Assembly (NCBI RefSeq): GCF_006345805.1
Contig: NW_021833226.1
Coordinates: 1-64,000, forward strand
Length of the DNA: 64,000 bases
Direction of reading: 5' to 3'
Source of the DNA: Octopus sinensis
Lineage: Eukaryota
In this document: in pieces, positions 1 through 12,494 of the stretch
Numbering within the stretch: position 1 is the stretch's first letter
Layout: each line of letters starts with the position of its first letter
Made by a program: the position numbers and the translations under genes
Notes under the pieces: generated by a model
Told to the model about the DNA's origin: nothing
Database searches by the model: none
The model's input: the letters and a program-made list of their open reading frames with translations, nothing else

Positions 1-208
1 GCTTGGTAGAATGTGTTTATAAAACAATCATTTTCTCTTGGTTTTATTGAGAAAATTCTATATGTGCAACTATTTCGTTCTTTTTAATTTCGAGGCATTT
101 CAGCAATTTTAACCATCGCTGATTTCCATTTAGGTAAATAATTCTGTGCATAACTTTTTAGTTATCTAGAAATTATGTTACAAAGTGCCGTTCAAAAGGA
201 AAAGATCC
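1..208. mobile_element. Right part of a GGATCTTTTCGG-TIR MITE (family M1)
   Basis: Ends ...GTGCCGTTCAAAAGGAAAAGATCC, a degenerate reverse complement of the TIR at 9843, 10881 and 11422; internal sequence resembles 10950-11100. Confidence 0.7.
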
Positions 209-288
209 AACAACCCTTAAGACTGTGCTCCTGCATAGCCGCAGTAAAATGACTGAAACAAATAAAAGAGAAAAGTGTAAAAGAGTAC

Positions 289-289
<1 letters not shown>

Positions 290-337
<48 letters not shown>

Positions 338-338
338 C

Positions 339-373
<35 letters not shown>

Positions 374-396
374 TGTGTGTGTGTTGTGTGTGTGTG

Positions 397-432
<36 letters not shown>
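290..432. repeat. Compound (TA)n(TG)n microsatellite
   Basis: Direct reading. Confidence 0.95.
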
Positions 433-434
<2 letters not shown>

Positions 435-435
<1 letters not shown>

Positions 436-630
436 ATACAAAATGGGACAAGAACACAAAACATTCAGACAGGTGATACAAAAAAGGGGACAACAAAACA
501 TCCAGATAGATGATACAAAGAAAACAAGGACGGGTCATTCGGAGTTTTCTTTCCTCAGTCGAGTTCCAGATTATCTTTGCAATTTCGGCTGGTTATATTC
601 GAGATTGCTCCAATCTGGCCAGCCCCAGCT
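435..630 (-). mobile_element. Penelope-like terminal-repeat remnant
   Basis: Reverse complement aligns by eye with 33885-34040 (ccagattggagcaatctc...cagccgaaattgc...CTGA(G/T)GA...cgaatg); abuts a TA/TG repeat. The Penelope assignment is inferred. Confidence 0.5.
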
Positions 631-998
631 TGATTATTGTATATTACCACAGAGCAAAGGCCCAAGAAAACGATTTCCGTTGTTCTGCATTATAGCTAAA
701 GACCGTAGACGTAGCACAAACCTAAATGTAGAGAATACATCATTTTCTTTTGAATGCATATAGGAAAAAGAACAATCAAAATTGAAGGAAATAGAAAACA
801 AATGCAGTGAATATATTTAATGAAATGAAATATAATGGTGAAGCAAGGAAGAAAACCAGCTTGATATGGAAGGGAAAACGTAGGATAAAATATCAAAATA
901 AGTATTAAAGTTAAGAACACGTGCACGCACATCTATATCCATATATATCCGTTTTTGTTTTCTTTTGTGTGTGCGCGCATACGTATGTACATACGCAC

Positions 999-1040
<42 letters not shown>

Positions 1041-1699
1041 TTGTTGAATGTGTGAGATGGAAAGGAACTGACTTATTATGTAGACAGGGTTTGATATTAA
1101 TGCGTCGATTTAACCTGGTAGTAGTGTTGAGTATTTATGCAATAAATATTCATATTTATCATATTGTCTGACAACTTCAGGCCTAGCGTTTAAGTAGCTG
1201 TCAGAATTTGAAGACGAGTGCTTTTTTTTTGGCTTTTTTCAGCTTGGAAATATCACATCTCTTTTTTTTTTCGTTCCTATAAAGTCCCGACCTTCAAATT
1301 TTCTTTCATTTGATATTGTAATAGGTATCGTTTGCTTTTAATTGCGACATATAAATAGAAAAATTCGTCATGTTCGCCTTTTCGATAAATCAAAAATTGG
1401 ACCATGAGTATGTAATCTATCTGTTTAAACTTCCTTTCGATCATGCCTATGTAGCGTTACAGTATAATGTCATAGGTTAGTTTGATGAAGCATAAATCAT
1501 AGCATTTGCTTTATAAGGCATATTAAATGGACATATGCTAATGTTTGTACATGTCCTGTTAGCTTCGGTTTTGTTAGAGTATGTATGGAAATTTAAGAGT
1601 ATACATTATTAAAAATATGAACATTTAGTGAACATTCAGATGAACATTTATTGAAAAGGTATATTGAATCAGAAATATTTTTATCGTATCACCTTAGTT

Positions 1700-2125
1700 T
1701 TGGGTGGTGAAGGTATGAGGATATGTAATTTTATCTTGGATTCTGATCACCTTATTAAAGATTTCTTGATTTGGGGACAATTTCGAAATTCTTCAACTAG
1801 TGTTATTAATAAATTTTTTTTTGAAAATTATGGACGAGTGGCAGTAGACTGTATCGATGTAAATATTACATGAAGTTTACTAAAGGATTTTGTTAGTTTG
1901 TTGTCAAATTTAGAACAAAAGGGACAAGATGGTAAAGAATTTTTTGACATAGACCGGAACTTTGTCAAAAAGTAGGGTTTTTCCATAATAATCTCAGTTT
2001 CACACCTATGGTAAAGAGGAAAGTGGGAGTTCATTAGGATCTGTTAGAATCGCTTTCTACATTAGATTCTACGTTGAGTGAAAAGAAGTGTGTGTACCAT
2101 ATTATGTCATGGTGGCTCTTTTTCA
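1700..2125 (-). pseudogene. Degenerate Penelope-like element ORF remnant (RT-to-GIY-YIG linker region)
   Basis: Minus strand reads HDIIWYT..FSLNVESNV..RF...MNSHFPLYHR across frameshifts, resembling the Penelope-like motif IIWFNPPFSxNVxTNIGKxFLxLIDKHFP; a KLHIL-like motif lies near 1715-1732. Confidence 0.55.
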
Positions 2126-2245
2126 TTTGCTGGGACGTGTGACAGGGCGTGGTGTGTGTAATGTTTACATAGAATTTATTTAGGCTTAGATTACAGGAGC
2201 TTCGCAACTTGCTACAACGCTACACTCTACTACAAAATGTATACA

Positions 2246-2461
2246 CTTTTCACTCTTTTACTTGTTTCAGTCATTTGACTGCGGCCGTGCTAGAGCACAG
2301 CCTTTAGTCGAGCAAATCGACCCCAGGACTTATTTTTTGTAAGCCTCGTACTTATTCTATCGGTTACATTATTGCCGAACCGCTAAGCCACGGGGACGTA
2401 AACTCACTAGCATCGGTTGTCAAGCGATGTTGGGGGGACAAACACAGACACACAAACATAT

Positions 2462-2523
<62 letters not shown>

Positions 2524-2696
2524 AACATATATACGACCGGCTTCTTTCAGTTTCCGTCTACCAAATCCACTCACAAGGCTTTGGTCGGCCCGAGGCTATA
2601 GTAGAAGGCACTTGCCCAAGGTGTCACGCAGTGGGACTGAACCCGGAACCATGTGGTTGGTAAGCAAGCTACTTACCACACAGCAACTCCTGCGCC
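2246..2696 (-). mobile_element. Bipartite tRNA-derived SINE with internal (TA)/(TG) microsatellite (family S1)
   Basis: Family consensus has A-box-like TGGCTGTGTGG, B-box GGTTCAGTCC, CORE-like CCTTGGGCAAGTG, an internal TA/TG tract, and a second module ending GAAACAAGTAAAAGAG; many copies in the window. Confidence 0.9.
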
Positions 2697-3078
2697 TTAT
2701 ATAAGCTTTTAGACAACTTTAGATGCACAAACAAATATAAATACTTTGTATATGCGTATATACAATGTTCTTTGGAGAAAACATGAGATCAATGGAATAG
2801 CATCAGTCCTGCATGAGATTTCATCAGCAATCGATTGAGTACCTTTTTTTAGTTCTAGAGGGCAATATTGCTTTTAAACCCACCATTATTAAGGGCCTGA
2901 GTAAAATGGATATACAAATAAATTTGGACATATAACGCATACATGGCAGCTAGTTAGATTATTGAATCACAGGTATTTTAACAGTGCTTCGTTTCATTGC
3001 CAATCTGCACTATAGTATATATCTCTAGACTTTAACCAAACTATACGCATAGACTGATGTAAAAGCTTTGTCAGTATA

Positions 3079-3601
3079 GCGTAAATCCTCGAGTATAGTC
3101 CGCCCTTGAGTATAATACGCAGGGGATTTTTAGAGGGGCTGTACCTCTGAAAAACCGAAACCTTGTGTATAATACGCAACCCTTCTCTACTTGAGTCGTG
3201 CGTAATTAAGCCAGCAGCACCTAGTCGAACAAACACTTCAGCGCATGCGTAATACAATAATGGTGATGTTCTTAACTGTTATATGGGAATGTAAATATGT
3301 TTGCAAATTGTTTTTATTACATGTTATTCTATGTTCTGAATACTTTTATTTTAATAAATGTTGCTTACTGCAAGTTATGGATGATTCTTTTATGACTTCA
3401 TTGCTTTCAGGCTTAGCTTAAGGTATTTTCGCACCCGACATCACAAAATGTGTCTGAATAAACATTGCCGGACAGCAAATATAGACTCGGACATTGCTTA
3501 GAAAATATTTTTCATTTTTAACCTCGTATATAGTACGCACTAGGCGATTTTGACCTTTAAATTTTGGGAAAAAAATGCGGATTATACTCGAGGATTTACG
3601 G
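3079..3601 (+). mobile_element. Tc1/mariner-pogo-type MITE (family M2)
   Basis: TIRs (G/C)CGTAAATCCTCGAGTATA(G/A)TCCG at both ends with TA on both flanks; homologous to 21784-22299. Confidence 0.85.
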
Positions 3602-4169
3602 TATGCAACATTTCCATGGCCTGAAAAGTGGAGTATAGCAGTGAAACAAAACATTGTTAACGCATTTGTATTCTGATACTCGAAATAATTACCTAACATG
3701 GGTTATAAATGTGCAAATTTACTTGATACCTTACAAATAGTGGATGTACAAGTATTATTGCCGGGAAGACTTAGATTGGATAATCAGTCATTGATGAAAT
3801 CCTAACACTGCTTTCAAACTAGTCCGGCCGATATCTCTTTTTCTCGTCAAGAAGATACTTTGCCAAGCACGCGCGCGATCGCATGCACGTGGGCGCGCAC
3901 AAATATCGTGATATATATACATATATTTTGAAAACATCCCTGCAGTTAATCCTGTTCGTGTCGTTCTAGCATGCAAGAAATTGTGTTAAAAATAAATGTT
4001 CACATCATTATTTTGATTCTTGCTGCTTCGTGTGCTTATGTTCAGCACACACACACACACACACACACACACCACACACACACACACACACACAGATAAA
4101 TGAGGGACTGTGTGTGTGAGTGTGCGTGTGTGTATGATGTATGCATGTCTGTGCATATAAATGTTTATA

Positions 4170-4688
4170 CATTCATACATGCATGCGTGCATACATACAT
4201 ACATACATACATACATACATACATACATACATGCATGCATACATACATACACACATACATACGTACATACATACATGCATACATCCATACATACATACAT
4301 ACATCCATACATTCATACATACATTCATACATACATACATCATACATACATACATACATACACACATACATACATACATACATACATACTACATACATAC
4401 ACATACACACATACATACATACATACATACATACATACACACATACATACATACATACATACATACATACATACATACATACACACATACACACATACAT
4501 GCATACATACATACATACATACATGCATACATACATACATACATACATACAAACATACATACATACATACATACATACATACATACATACACACATACAT
4601 ACATAAATACATACATACATACATACATACATACATACATACATACATACATACAAACATACATACATACATACATACATACATACAT
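4170..4688. repeat. (TACA)n tetranucleotide array
   Basis: Direct reading; source of the YIHT/MYVC pseudo-ORFs. Confidence 0.95.
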
Positions 4689-5325
4689 TAGCGCCGTATT
4701 CTTTTATTCCATCTTTTGAAAAATCATTCTGATTGCTAGGTCAACCCTAATCGGTCAAACCTATGATGGTAGGTTTCGGCGGAAGTCTGCGCACACTAAA
4801 ATGAAATATTAATTATCTTAATTATAGTATTGTAGTAATATGCATGTGTTTATGTAGGGAGCGAGAGAGAGAGAGAGAGAGAGAGAAAGGGGGCGGGAGA
4901 GAGAGAGAAAGAGAGCTTCAGAGTTTCACGCTTGCATGCGTTCGCCCAGACAAACGCACACATGCGAGAAAGTTACATTAGCGACTGAGTGAATCATCAG
5001 AGCGTACTTACTGTATATATACACACTCACACATATATAATTGAACAGACAGACAGACAAACAGACACACACATACATAGGCTCCCACACACACACACAA
5101 ACACAGGGCTATGCTTTTAAATATAAAATATTCGAACATTGTAAAATAGTTTCCAATGACAAAATATAAAAATTACATTGGAATTGAGTCATTCAAGTCT
5201 CCCAAACCACATTTTGTATTGAATAATGTAATGAAAGAAAAGTGATAAATTCTTTTTGAAACACTTTAGACTATATAAGACTGTCTTATACACACACGTG
5301 CTCACACATAACATAATAACACATA

Positions 5326-5692
5326 CCGTAAATTCTCGTGTATAATCCGCATTTTCCCCAAAAAATTTTAAGGTCAAAATCCCTAGTGCGTACTATATAC
5401 GAGGTTAAAAATGAAAAATATTTTTTAAGCACTGTCCGAGACTCTATTTGCTGTCCAGCAATGTTTATTCAGACGCATTTTGTGATGTCGGGCGCGAAAA
5501 TACCTGAAAGCAATGAAGTCATAAAAGAATCATCCATAACTTGCATTAAGCAACATTTATTAAAATAAAAGTATTCAGAACACAGAATAACATATAACAA
5601 AAACAATTTGCAAACATATTTACATTCCCATATAACAGTTAAGAACGTCACCATTATTGTATTACGCATGCGCTGAAGTGTTTGTTCGACTA
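5326..5692 (-). mobile_element. Truncated M2 MITE, inverted
   Basis: TA then CCGTAAATTCTCGTGTATAATCCG; body is the reverse complement of about 3225-3601 and ends in (TA)n. Confidence 0.8.
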
Positions 5693-6075
5693 TATATATA
5701 TATAGCAAAAACTTCCCCCAAACCAGAAACGATTTCAAGTCTTACGAGTTACGACTATCAATAGTCACATGGCAAGTGCTGCTATTACTATTGCCTACAC
5801 GGTAGTCCTCGACTATATTCCAAAGAAAATCTTGCGCCCGATTAATATGGACTCACTCACTGCTGTGTTCTAATCTCTGGATTAATATGGAGTAATATGG
5901 CCTTTCACTGTTTTTACTCTTGCAACTGCAGCGGTTTATGTTTTCCATTGCTAGCAATTTTCACATCGTTCCCAGCCAAACCCACCCGGTATACGATCAT
6001 CTCTTCTCCCCTCGCTCCATATTCTTTCTCTTCATACTCAAACTCAGCACTAACCACTTTGTATGGTCTTTCTTC

Positions 6076-6280
6076 GTATTGCGGGAAGGTTTTTGTAAAC
6101 TGTATTTTCTAAATCTGAGGGTACACCGTTGAATAGTGAGGAAGCAATGTCGTCCAATGCGGTCCCTTAGCAACGAATATGTCTCCATTGTGCTCATACG
6201 AAATGCCACACATCTAGCTCATATCCGTATCGAACTATCAATCTTTTTGTCTGTTTCTCTCAAAAGGAATCCATTCCAAA
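6076..6280. repeat. Arm 1 of a ~205-bp dispersed inverted duplication (partner 8113-8317)
   Basis: gtattgcgggaagg...ggaatccattccaaa is the near-exact reverse complement of 8113-8317. Confidence 0.85.
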
Positions 6281-7157
6281 AGGAATCCATTCTTTGACTG
6301 AATGCGAATTTTAGAGAATTCTGTGTGTATTTTTTTTAGTCATGAACTTCTTGATATTCGTGCTGAACTTTAACCGCATCAATCTCACTAGTCTGTGGTG
6401 ACCTGCAGAGGTCATGAGCGCTGCCCTTTCCTCATGACCTAAACACGGTGTCCTGTGTGAAATGTAAGCAGCATTGTGATTTCCCTCTAGACTTAATTGC
6501 TATCTCCTCCCTTTGCATTCCTTCATTACAATGTTTATGTATTAGTGTCTTTTCTACTTTAATCTGCTGAGAAATCTCTTTAATCCTTTAATTGTAATGA
6601 ATTTATACTTTGATATATGTTATGTTATGTTTTTATGCTGATTAAGATTGTTTTTAGTGTTTCCTATTCGTGGGAAAAGTGAATAGCTGTACTCACGGGC
6701 TTAGTTTGTCTGTGTGGTAAACAAGTTCATTCCACAACGATATTGTTTTGGGTTCGAGCCCTTTGTGCGTCGAGTGTTTTCTACTACAGCCTGAGGTCGA
6801 CTAAATCTTTGTGAGTGAAATTTGGCTGACGAAAACTGAGTGAAGAAATCGTTGCTATTTTTGGAGTATTAGACTTAGTCTATCACTCGTTTTAGCACCA
6901 GCATTTTGCCCTTAAAAGTTTTTTCTCTTCTTGTATGAGCGGAACATCGGTCTTGCTTTCGCAGAGGATCTACAAAGTGAAAAGCAAGATTTTGTTCTGA
7001 TTCTACGGAAAACGTATTTATGGTGATTGAGAAGGAAATGAGGGAGCCTGGATGATGAAGGAATTTGTTGCTTATGACTGCCTTTTATTTTTTTCTCATC
7101 GTCTTTAAGATCTTGGATGAAAAAGCAAGAGCAGAGTAAATTGAAAGAGATTCTTGG

Positions 7158-7162
<5 letters not shown>

Positions 7163-7233
<71 letters not shown>

Positions 7234-7237
7234 AGAG
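7163..7237. repeat. (GA)n microsatellite
   Basis: Direct reading. Confidence 0.95.
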
Positions 7238-7359
7238 ACTAATTTACCATGCCGTCATTAAAAGATGTTTGTTATTGAAGTATGTTTTCATGGAAGAAGT
7301 ACAAGTTTTGCCATGAGGTGGTTGTGTTGAGGCCTGTATGTAAACGGTTTAACGAGGAA

Positions 7360-7735
7360 TAAAGAGTGGTATGATCCATGCAGGAATATTTGTGTGGTTA
7401 AATTTGACAGTGAGTTGGTCATTGATGTATAGAAAGAATAGTTTTGAAGATACAGTTAGACTTTGGAACACTTAAAGTTAATAGGGTGGGAGTGGCACAA
7501 AGCTCCGTCGATGCAAAGTGTTATGAGGAGGTAACTTTTTATTCAGTAAAATAAAAGATAGGTGAAGCCCATAGAGAGATGTGAGGATCTTGTGTAAAAG
7601 ATAGGCGCAGGTTTTGCTTATGTTAATATGGTTATAACATTGTTTTCTCAAGGACCAGAAACCACTCATGTGTTGTTATCTAAAACGAATTCTTTGATAA
7701 CTGGATCTGTGGAAACCATATTAATGGTTTGTGAA
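7360..7735 (-). pseudogene. Highly degenerate CR1/L2/Jockey-group reverse transcriptase remnant
   Basis: Minus-strand pieces YGF..RS, NISK, LYGL, IDGALCHSHPIN..VP.....LFFLYINDQL resemble QYGFR, DISKAFD and VDG...INSGVPQGSVLSPTLFLLYINDL. Confidence 0.5.
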
Positions 7736-8112
7736 AAGAGAGAGATATTGTAACTGATAAAGATATTATTGGAGATGTACTTGCATAGCAAGTGATTTGA
7801 TCTGAGATCGTGTGCTGGAACGAAAAACAATTGCAGCGTGGAAGTGTTTGTAAGTCATTTAAGAAACACACAAAAGCCGTTCGATTCACTTCAACATTTA
7901 AGTTTAATTTGTCAAAATATTTTCGTCGCTAAAATCCGCGACTTGTTCACTGATAAAAATCGTGCTTTTGTGTGTTTCTTAAAGATATTATTGTTTACGG
8001 CTATTTTCATAACATTCGTGATATTAGCAGTGCAATTGTTAAGTTGAGAGTCGGTAGAGCCATGGAAGCTGCAAATATTGGGAACAGGACAGACAGTTGA
8101 GTGGTTCCATGA

Positions 8113-8317
8113 TTTGGAATGGATTCCTTTTGAGAGAACCAGACAAAAAGATTGATAGTTCGATACGGATATGAACTAGATGTGTGGCGTTTCGTATGAG
8201 CACAATGGAGACATGTTCGTTGCTAAGGCATTGCATTGGACGACATTGCTTCCTCACTATTCAAGGGTGTACCCTCAGATTTAGAAAATACAGTTTACAA
8301 AAACCTTCCCGCAATAC
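8113..8317. repeat. Arm 2 of the inverted duplication
   Basis: Reverse complement of 6076-6280. Confidence 0.85.
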
Positions 8318-8678
8318 AAATTAGTGTCTTCCCAGAATATTCTGAAGCACCCCTAAACGCCAAAGTCTGGTGACAGGCTTGAATGGAGATGAGATCTTCA
8401 AGACTCCTGGAGAAATCTGCTTATTCAGGCGCATATGTGTCTTTGAGCAATGAATGTGTGACTCTTGCTGATAACGCAAAGGCTTCATCTACAAGTCTTT
8501 AGTGGCGACTGTCATGTTTGAAGAGTAGCATTTAGGAGGAATCTTCGTGGTAGAGATTGGCTACAATATGGAAGTTCACAAAGCTTTCATACCATACGTT
8601 GCACGAAAGATTACCGGGAGGTTATATTGCCGACACTGTGAAGGTGGGTAAACTGCTCTTCCAAGGTGATGGTAGGTT

Positions 8679-8910
8679 AGGTGGCGAGCTGGCAGAATCG
8701 TTAGCACACCGGGCGAAATGCGTAGTCGTATTTCGTCTGCCGTTACGTTCTGAGTTCAAATTCCGCCGAGGTCGACTTTGCCTTTCATCCTTTCGGGGTC
8801 GATAAATTAAGTACCAGTTACACACTGGGGTCGATGTAATCGACTTAATCCGTTTGTCTGTCCTTGTTTGTCCCCTGTGTTGAGCCCCTTGTGGCCAGTG
8901 AAGAAATAGG
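8679..8910 (+). mobile_element. tRNA-derived SINE, family S2 monomer
   Basis: Head GGCGAGCTGGCAGAATCG, B-box GAGTTCAAATTCC, central GACTTTGCCTTTCATCCTTTCGGGGTCGATAAATTAAGTACC (resembles the Meta domain as I recall it), end GAAATAGG; flanked by GGTAGG(T/G)T repeats. Confidence 0.9.
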
Positions 8911-9842
8911 TAGGGTGAGAGGGTCACTTCCTCCAGCTGTTTAGTCAACAGTCTTCGTCTGTACAGTTGTCGTACATCAAAGGTTGTATAAAAACGGGCA
9001 GAGTGTTAGCTCTACCACTAATTAAACATATCACATCTCAATTATTAGAGTTAATTAGCCGGTGTTTGGTCTGTTTACTTGAATGTCTGCTCTTATATGT
9101 TTACTCTTTCACTCTGACTTTATGGTGTCTGTGTGTCTGTGTACGTGCGTGTGTTTGTAGATGTGTTTGTTTACAGACTTGTGTGGGCACGAGTGAGTAT
9201 ATATATATCTATGAAAACGTGTATGTGTGTGTATATTCGTAGACGTGTGTACGTGCGTGTATATAACCTGCGTGAAAGTATACACGTATTTGACGTGTGG
9301 GCATGTGTGAGCGTATGTATTTATGTGTATGTGTCTGCAGACGTGTGTAGACATGTGCAAATATACGTGTCTATGATTGTGTGTGTTTGTGGCTGTGTAT
9401 ATGCGCGTCTAGATGTCTGTTTGTGTGTAAATGTATGCCTGGTTATGTATGTGTATGAAGCCATAGGGCCTGTACCAGTTATTTACTTAATTTCAGGTTT
9501 TCGGGCAACAGGTGTGGAGACAATCTAACATTATCACGGACTGGCTGAATATACACTCTTAATCAATAATTTTTAATGTCCCCACCAAAACGCCGGGAGC
9601 ACAGTATATATATTTAAAACATGCTGTTGATGAGAATTCATATTCACTAATGGTACACCAATTAAACTGGGGTCGATATAATCCACTTAATCCATTTGTC
9701 TGTCCTTGTTTCTCCCTTCTGCGTTTAGCCCCTTGTGGGTAGTAAAGAAATAGGTATGAGGGGCTGAAACTTCGGGTGTTGATGATTTTCATTTTCTTTT
9801 TAGTTGTTTCTGTCCCTGGACTGCGGCCATGTTGAAGCAACG

Positions 9843-9936
9843 GGATCTTTTCGGTTTGAACGGCAGTTTTTTTCTAGCGGTGTCATATGAAATTGTCACC
9901 CATAATTATGATCTGCCATTTAAACCGAAAAGATCC
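9843..9936. mobile_element. 94-bp mini-MITE of family M1
   Basis: GGATCTTTTCGGTTTGAACGGCAG ... CTGCCATTTAAACCGAAAAGATCC (24-bp TIR, 2 mismatches). Confidence 0.8.
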
Positions 9937-9951
9937 AAAATTTATTTACAA

Positions 9952-10251
9952 CCAGCAGTATCGCCCGGCGTTGCTCGGGTTTGTAAGGGAAATAACTATA
10001 TAAGCATTTTTAGAGAGTTACTTCCCTTATATAATAGCAAAGAAAAGGCATTAAAATGGAAAAAAATGATGGTAAATTTTTTTTTTTAATCGTAGACTCA
10101 TCGTGGACGCGCGCTAATACCCAGAAGGGCTCGATATGAATCACGACTATAAGATACCCGGATTTGGTTAAGCTGCACCGCAAAATGTGGGAGTAGTTAG
10201 GAACCTAAATCGTAGGAGACAGACACACAACTTCACTTTTATATATAAAGA
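9952..10251 (-). mobile_element. Non-autonomous Helitron
   Basis: Minus strand A|TCTTTATATATAAAAG...CCCGAGCAACGCCGGG hairpin...CTGG|T; homologous to 56682-57181. Confidence 0.8.
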
Positions 10252-10880
10252 TTCCTTGACCGGTTACAAATTTGTTTACAATTTTCAAAGGTAGTGAAAT
10301 CAGGAGAGTCCAGGTCCTATACCGTATTTATTTGGGTGTTTATCACAGATGTTATATGTAGTTATTCTTATTCTAACTCTCAAAATAAGCTGGCTTCTGA
10401 GTTTACACTCGCACACACACACACAAATACACACACAAATACATACCCCCACACAAATACATACCACTCATACATACATACGTATGCAGGTACGTGCCCG
10501 TATAGCATAATTTACGCGTATGATATTCATGCATGATGTAGTAATTGTAAAGGACTTCTGCTGTGCTGACTTCTGCTTTTATTTTCAATAGAGAAATACT
10601 TCTGACTTGCTTCTTAAAGTTCTTCTTTTGCTATAGCTAAGCATTTATTCATGTATGATATTTTAATTGCAAATGACTCCTTTCAACATCCCACTTTTTT
10701 CCTTGATATCCATAGTCGTAAATAACCACTACCGAGTGGTGGAAGCATGTCAGGCACGATATTTTAAATGTAAATTACATCGTATAAAAATCCCCGGTGT
10801 TTTTATGATAAATGAACATGTGAGCTCCAGTTTTCCTTTAGTCGGTATACGCATGACAAAAAAAAATGAGAAAAGAAATG

Positions 10881-11138
10881 GGATCTTTTCGGTTTGACCG
10901 GCAGTTTTTTAAAAATAATTTCCACGTAACTAAACACTTTTAAACTTCGTAGAATGTGTTTATAAAACATATTTTTCTCTTGGCTTTATTGGGAAAATTC
11001 TATAGTTTGTAAGATATTTGTTGTTTTTTTCTTCAATTTCTGCAATTTCAACCAATCAATGATGTCTATTGAGGTGAAAATATTCTGTGCCGTATGAATA
11101 TGTCCCTCGTTTAAGAAACAGATTGGGTATATTTACAA
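10881..11138 (-). mobile_element. Partial M1 MITE, followed by a Helitron-like 5' fragment at about 11140-11192
   Basis: TIR GGATCTTTTCGGTTTGACCGGCAG; body is the reverse complement of 11585-11850. Confidence 0.75.
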
Positions 11139-11421
11139 AGGATGCACACACATACACACACACTGACATTTTGCCGTTTATATATAGAGAGATTGTCACT
11201 TCATTTCAGCGACTTTCATTTTCTCAATGTTACTGTCGTCACATTTGGATTTGATTTTCATGGCTTTCACTTATTTACAACCTAAAGTAAGATCTATCTA
11301 GACACCCTACTTCATTTCAGCAGAGAATGTTTAGGAAAGAAAAAAAAAGAAAGAAAGAAAAGGAGACGATGGTGCTTTTAGGAATCCCTTACCTTTGACT
11401 TTTAGTCCCCAATCATTTCTT

Positions 11422-11850
11422 GGATCTTTTCGGTTTCAACGGCAGTTTTTTCTAGCGGTGTCATATGAAATTGTCACCCATAATTATGACCCTAGTATCG
11501 ATTTATTGCATTTCAATCTGTTTTGGGATTAGGGTTAGTTAGGGTTAGGGTTAGGGGTGGGGGGAGGGTATCTTCTTTTCTTCACAAATGTAAATAAACC
11601 CAATCTGTTTCTTAAACGAGGGACATATTCATATGGCACAGAATGCTTTTTAACTCAATAGACGTCACTGATTGGTTGAAATTGCAGAAATTGAAGAAAA
11701 AACAACAAATATCTTACAAACTATAGAATTTTCTCTATAAAGCCAAGAGAAAAAGATGTTTTATAAACACATTCTACAAGTATACGAAGTTTTAAATTTT
11801 TTAGTTATCTAGAAATTATGTTAAAAACTGCGGTTCAACCGAAAAGATCC
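11422..11850 (+). mobile_element. Full-length M1 MITE (GG...CC termini)
   Basis: TIRs GGATCTTTTCGGTTTCAACGGCAGTTTTT / AAAAACTGCGGTTCAACCGAAAAGATCC; internal TTAGGG repeats. Confidence 0.85.
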
Positions 11851-12105
11851 ACATTATCTTATGCGGGATCATAAGCGCCCATTAAAAATATGTATCTGCT
11901 ATTTGTAAAACTTTAAGGAGAGCTAACCTTAGATAGCAAGCTATTGCAAAATAACGATTAAGTAACTCAGTAATGTTTCCATTGCTCCCACTGCTTACAT
12001 CAGTGGACGATATCACACTGTGTAACCTGTTGACAGCGATGTAGCTCGGTGTGTTGATTGCGGTGTCTCGGTTATAGACACTACAGTAAACTATACCACA
12101 CTGTG

Positions 12106-12494
12106 TGGAGGCGCAATGGCCCAGTGGTTAGAGCAGCGGACTCGCGGTCATAGGATCGCGGTTTCGATTCCTAGACCGGGCGTTGTGAGTGTTTATTGAG
12201 CGAAAACACCTAAAAAGCTCCACGAGGCTCCGGCAGGGGATGGTGGTGATCCCTGCTGTACTCTTTCACCACAACTTTCTCTCACTCTTACTTCCTGTTT
12301 CTGTTGTACCTGTATTTCAAAGGGCCGGCCTTGTCACTCTCTGTGTCACGCTGAATATCCCCGAGAACTACGTTAAGGGTACACGTGTCTGTGGAGTGCT
12401 CAGCCACTTACACGTTAATTTCACGAGCAGGCTGTTCCGTTGATTCGGATCAACCGGAACCCTCGTCGTCGTAACCGACGGAGTGCTTCCACAC
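12106..12494 (+). mobile_element. tRNA-Arg-like SINE, family S3, tail type A
   Basis: A-box TGGCCCAGTGG, anticodon-like TCG, B-box GTTTCGATTCC; 11-bp TSD ACCACACTGTG at 12095-12105 and 12495-12505. Confidence 0.92.

Noticed and set aside
6390-6600. Tc1-like HTH remnant on the minus strand; also a mariner-like TIR start at 51487 and a hAT-like end at about 27704
   Set aside because: Too degenerate, with no paired TIRs or TSDs established.
12106-12180. tRNA-Arg-like sequence, and similar heads at 16318 and 8680
   Set aside because: These are SINE heads followed by SINE bodies and flanked by TSDs, not stand-alone tRNA genes.
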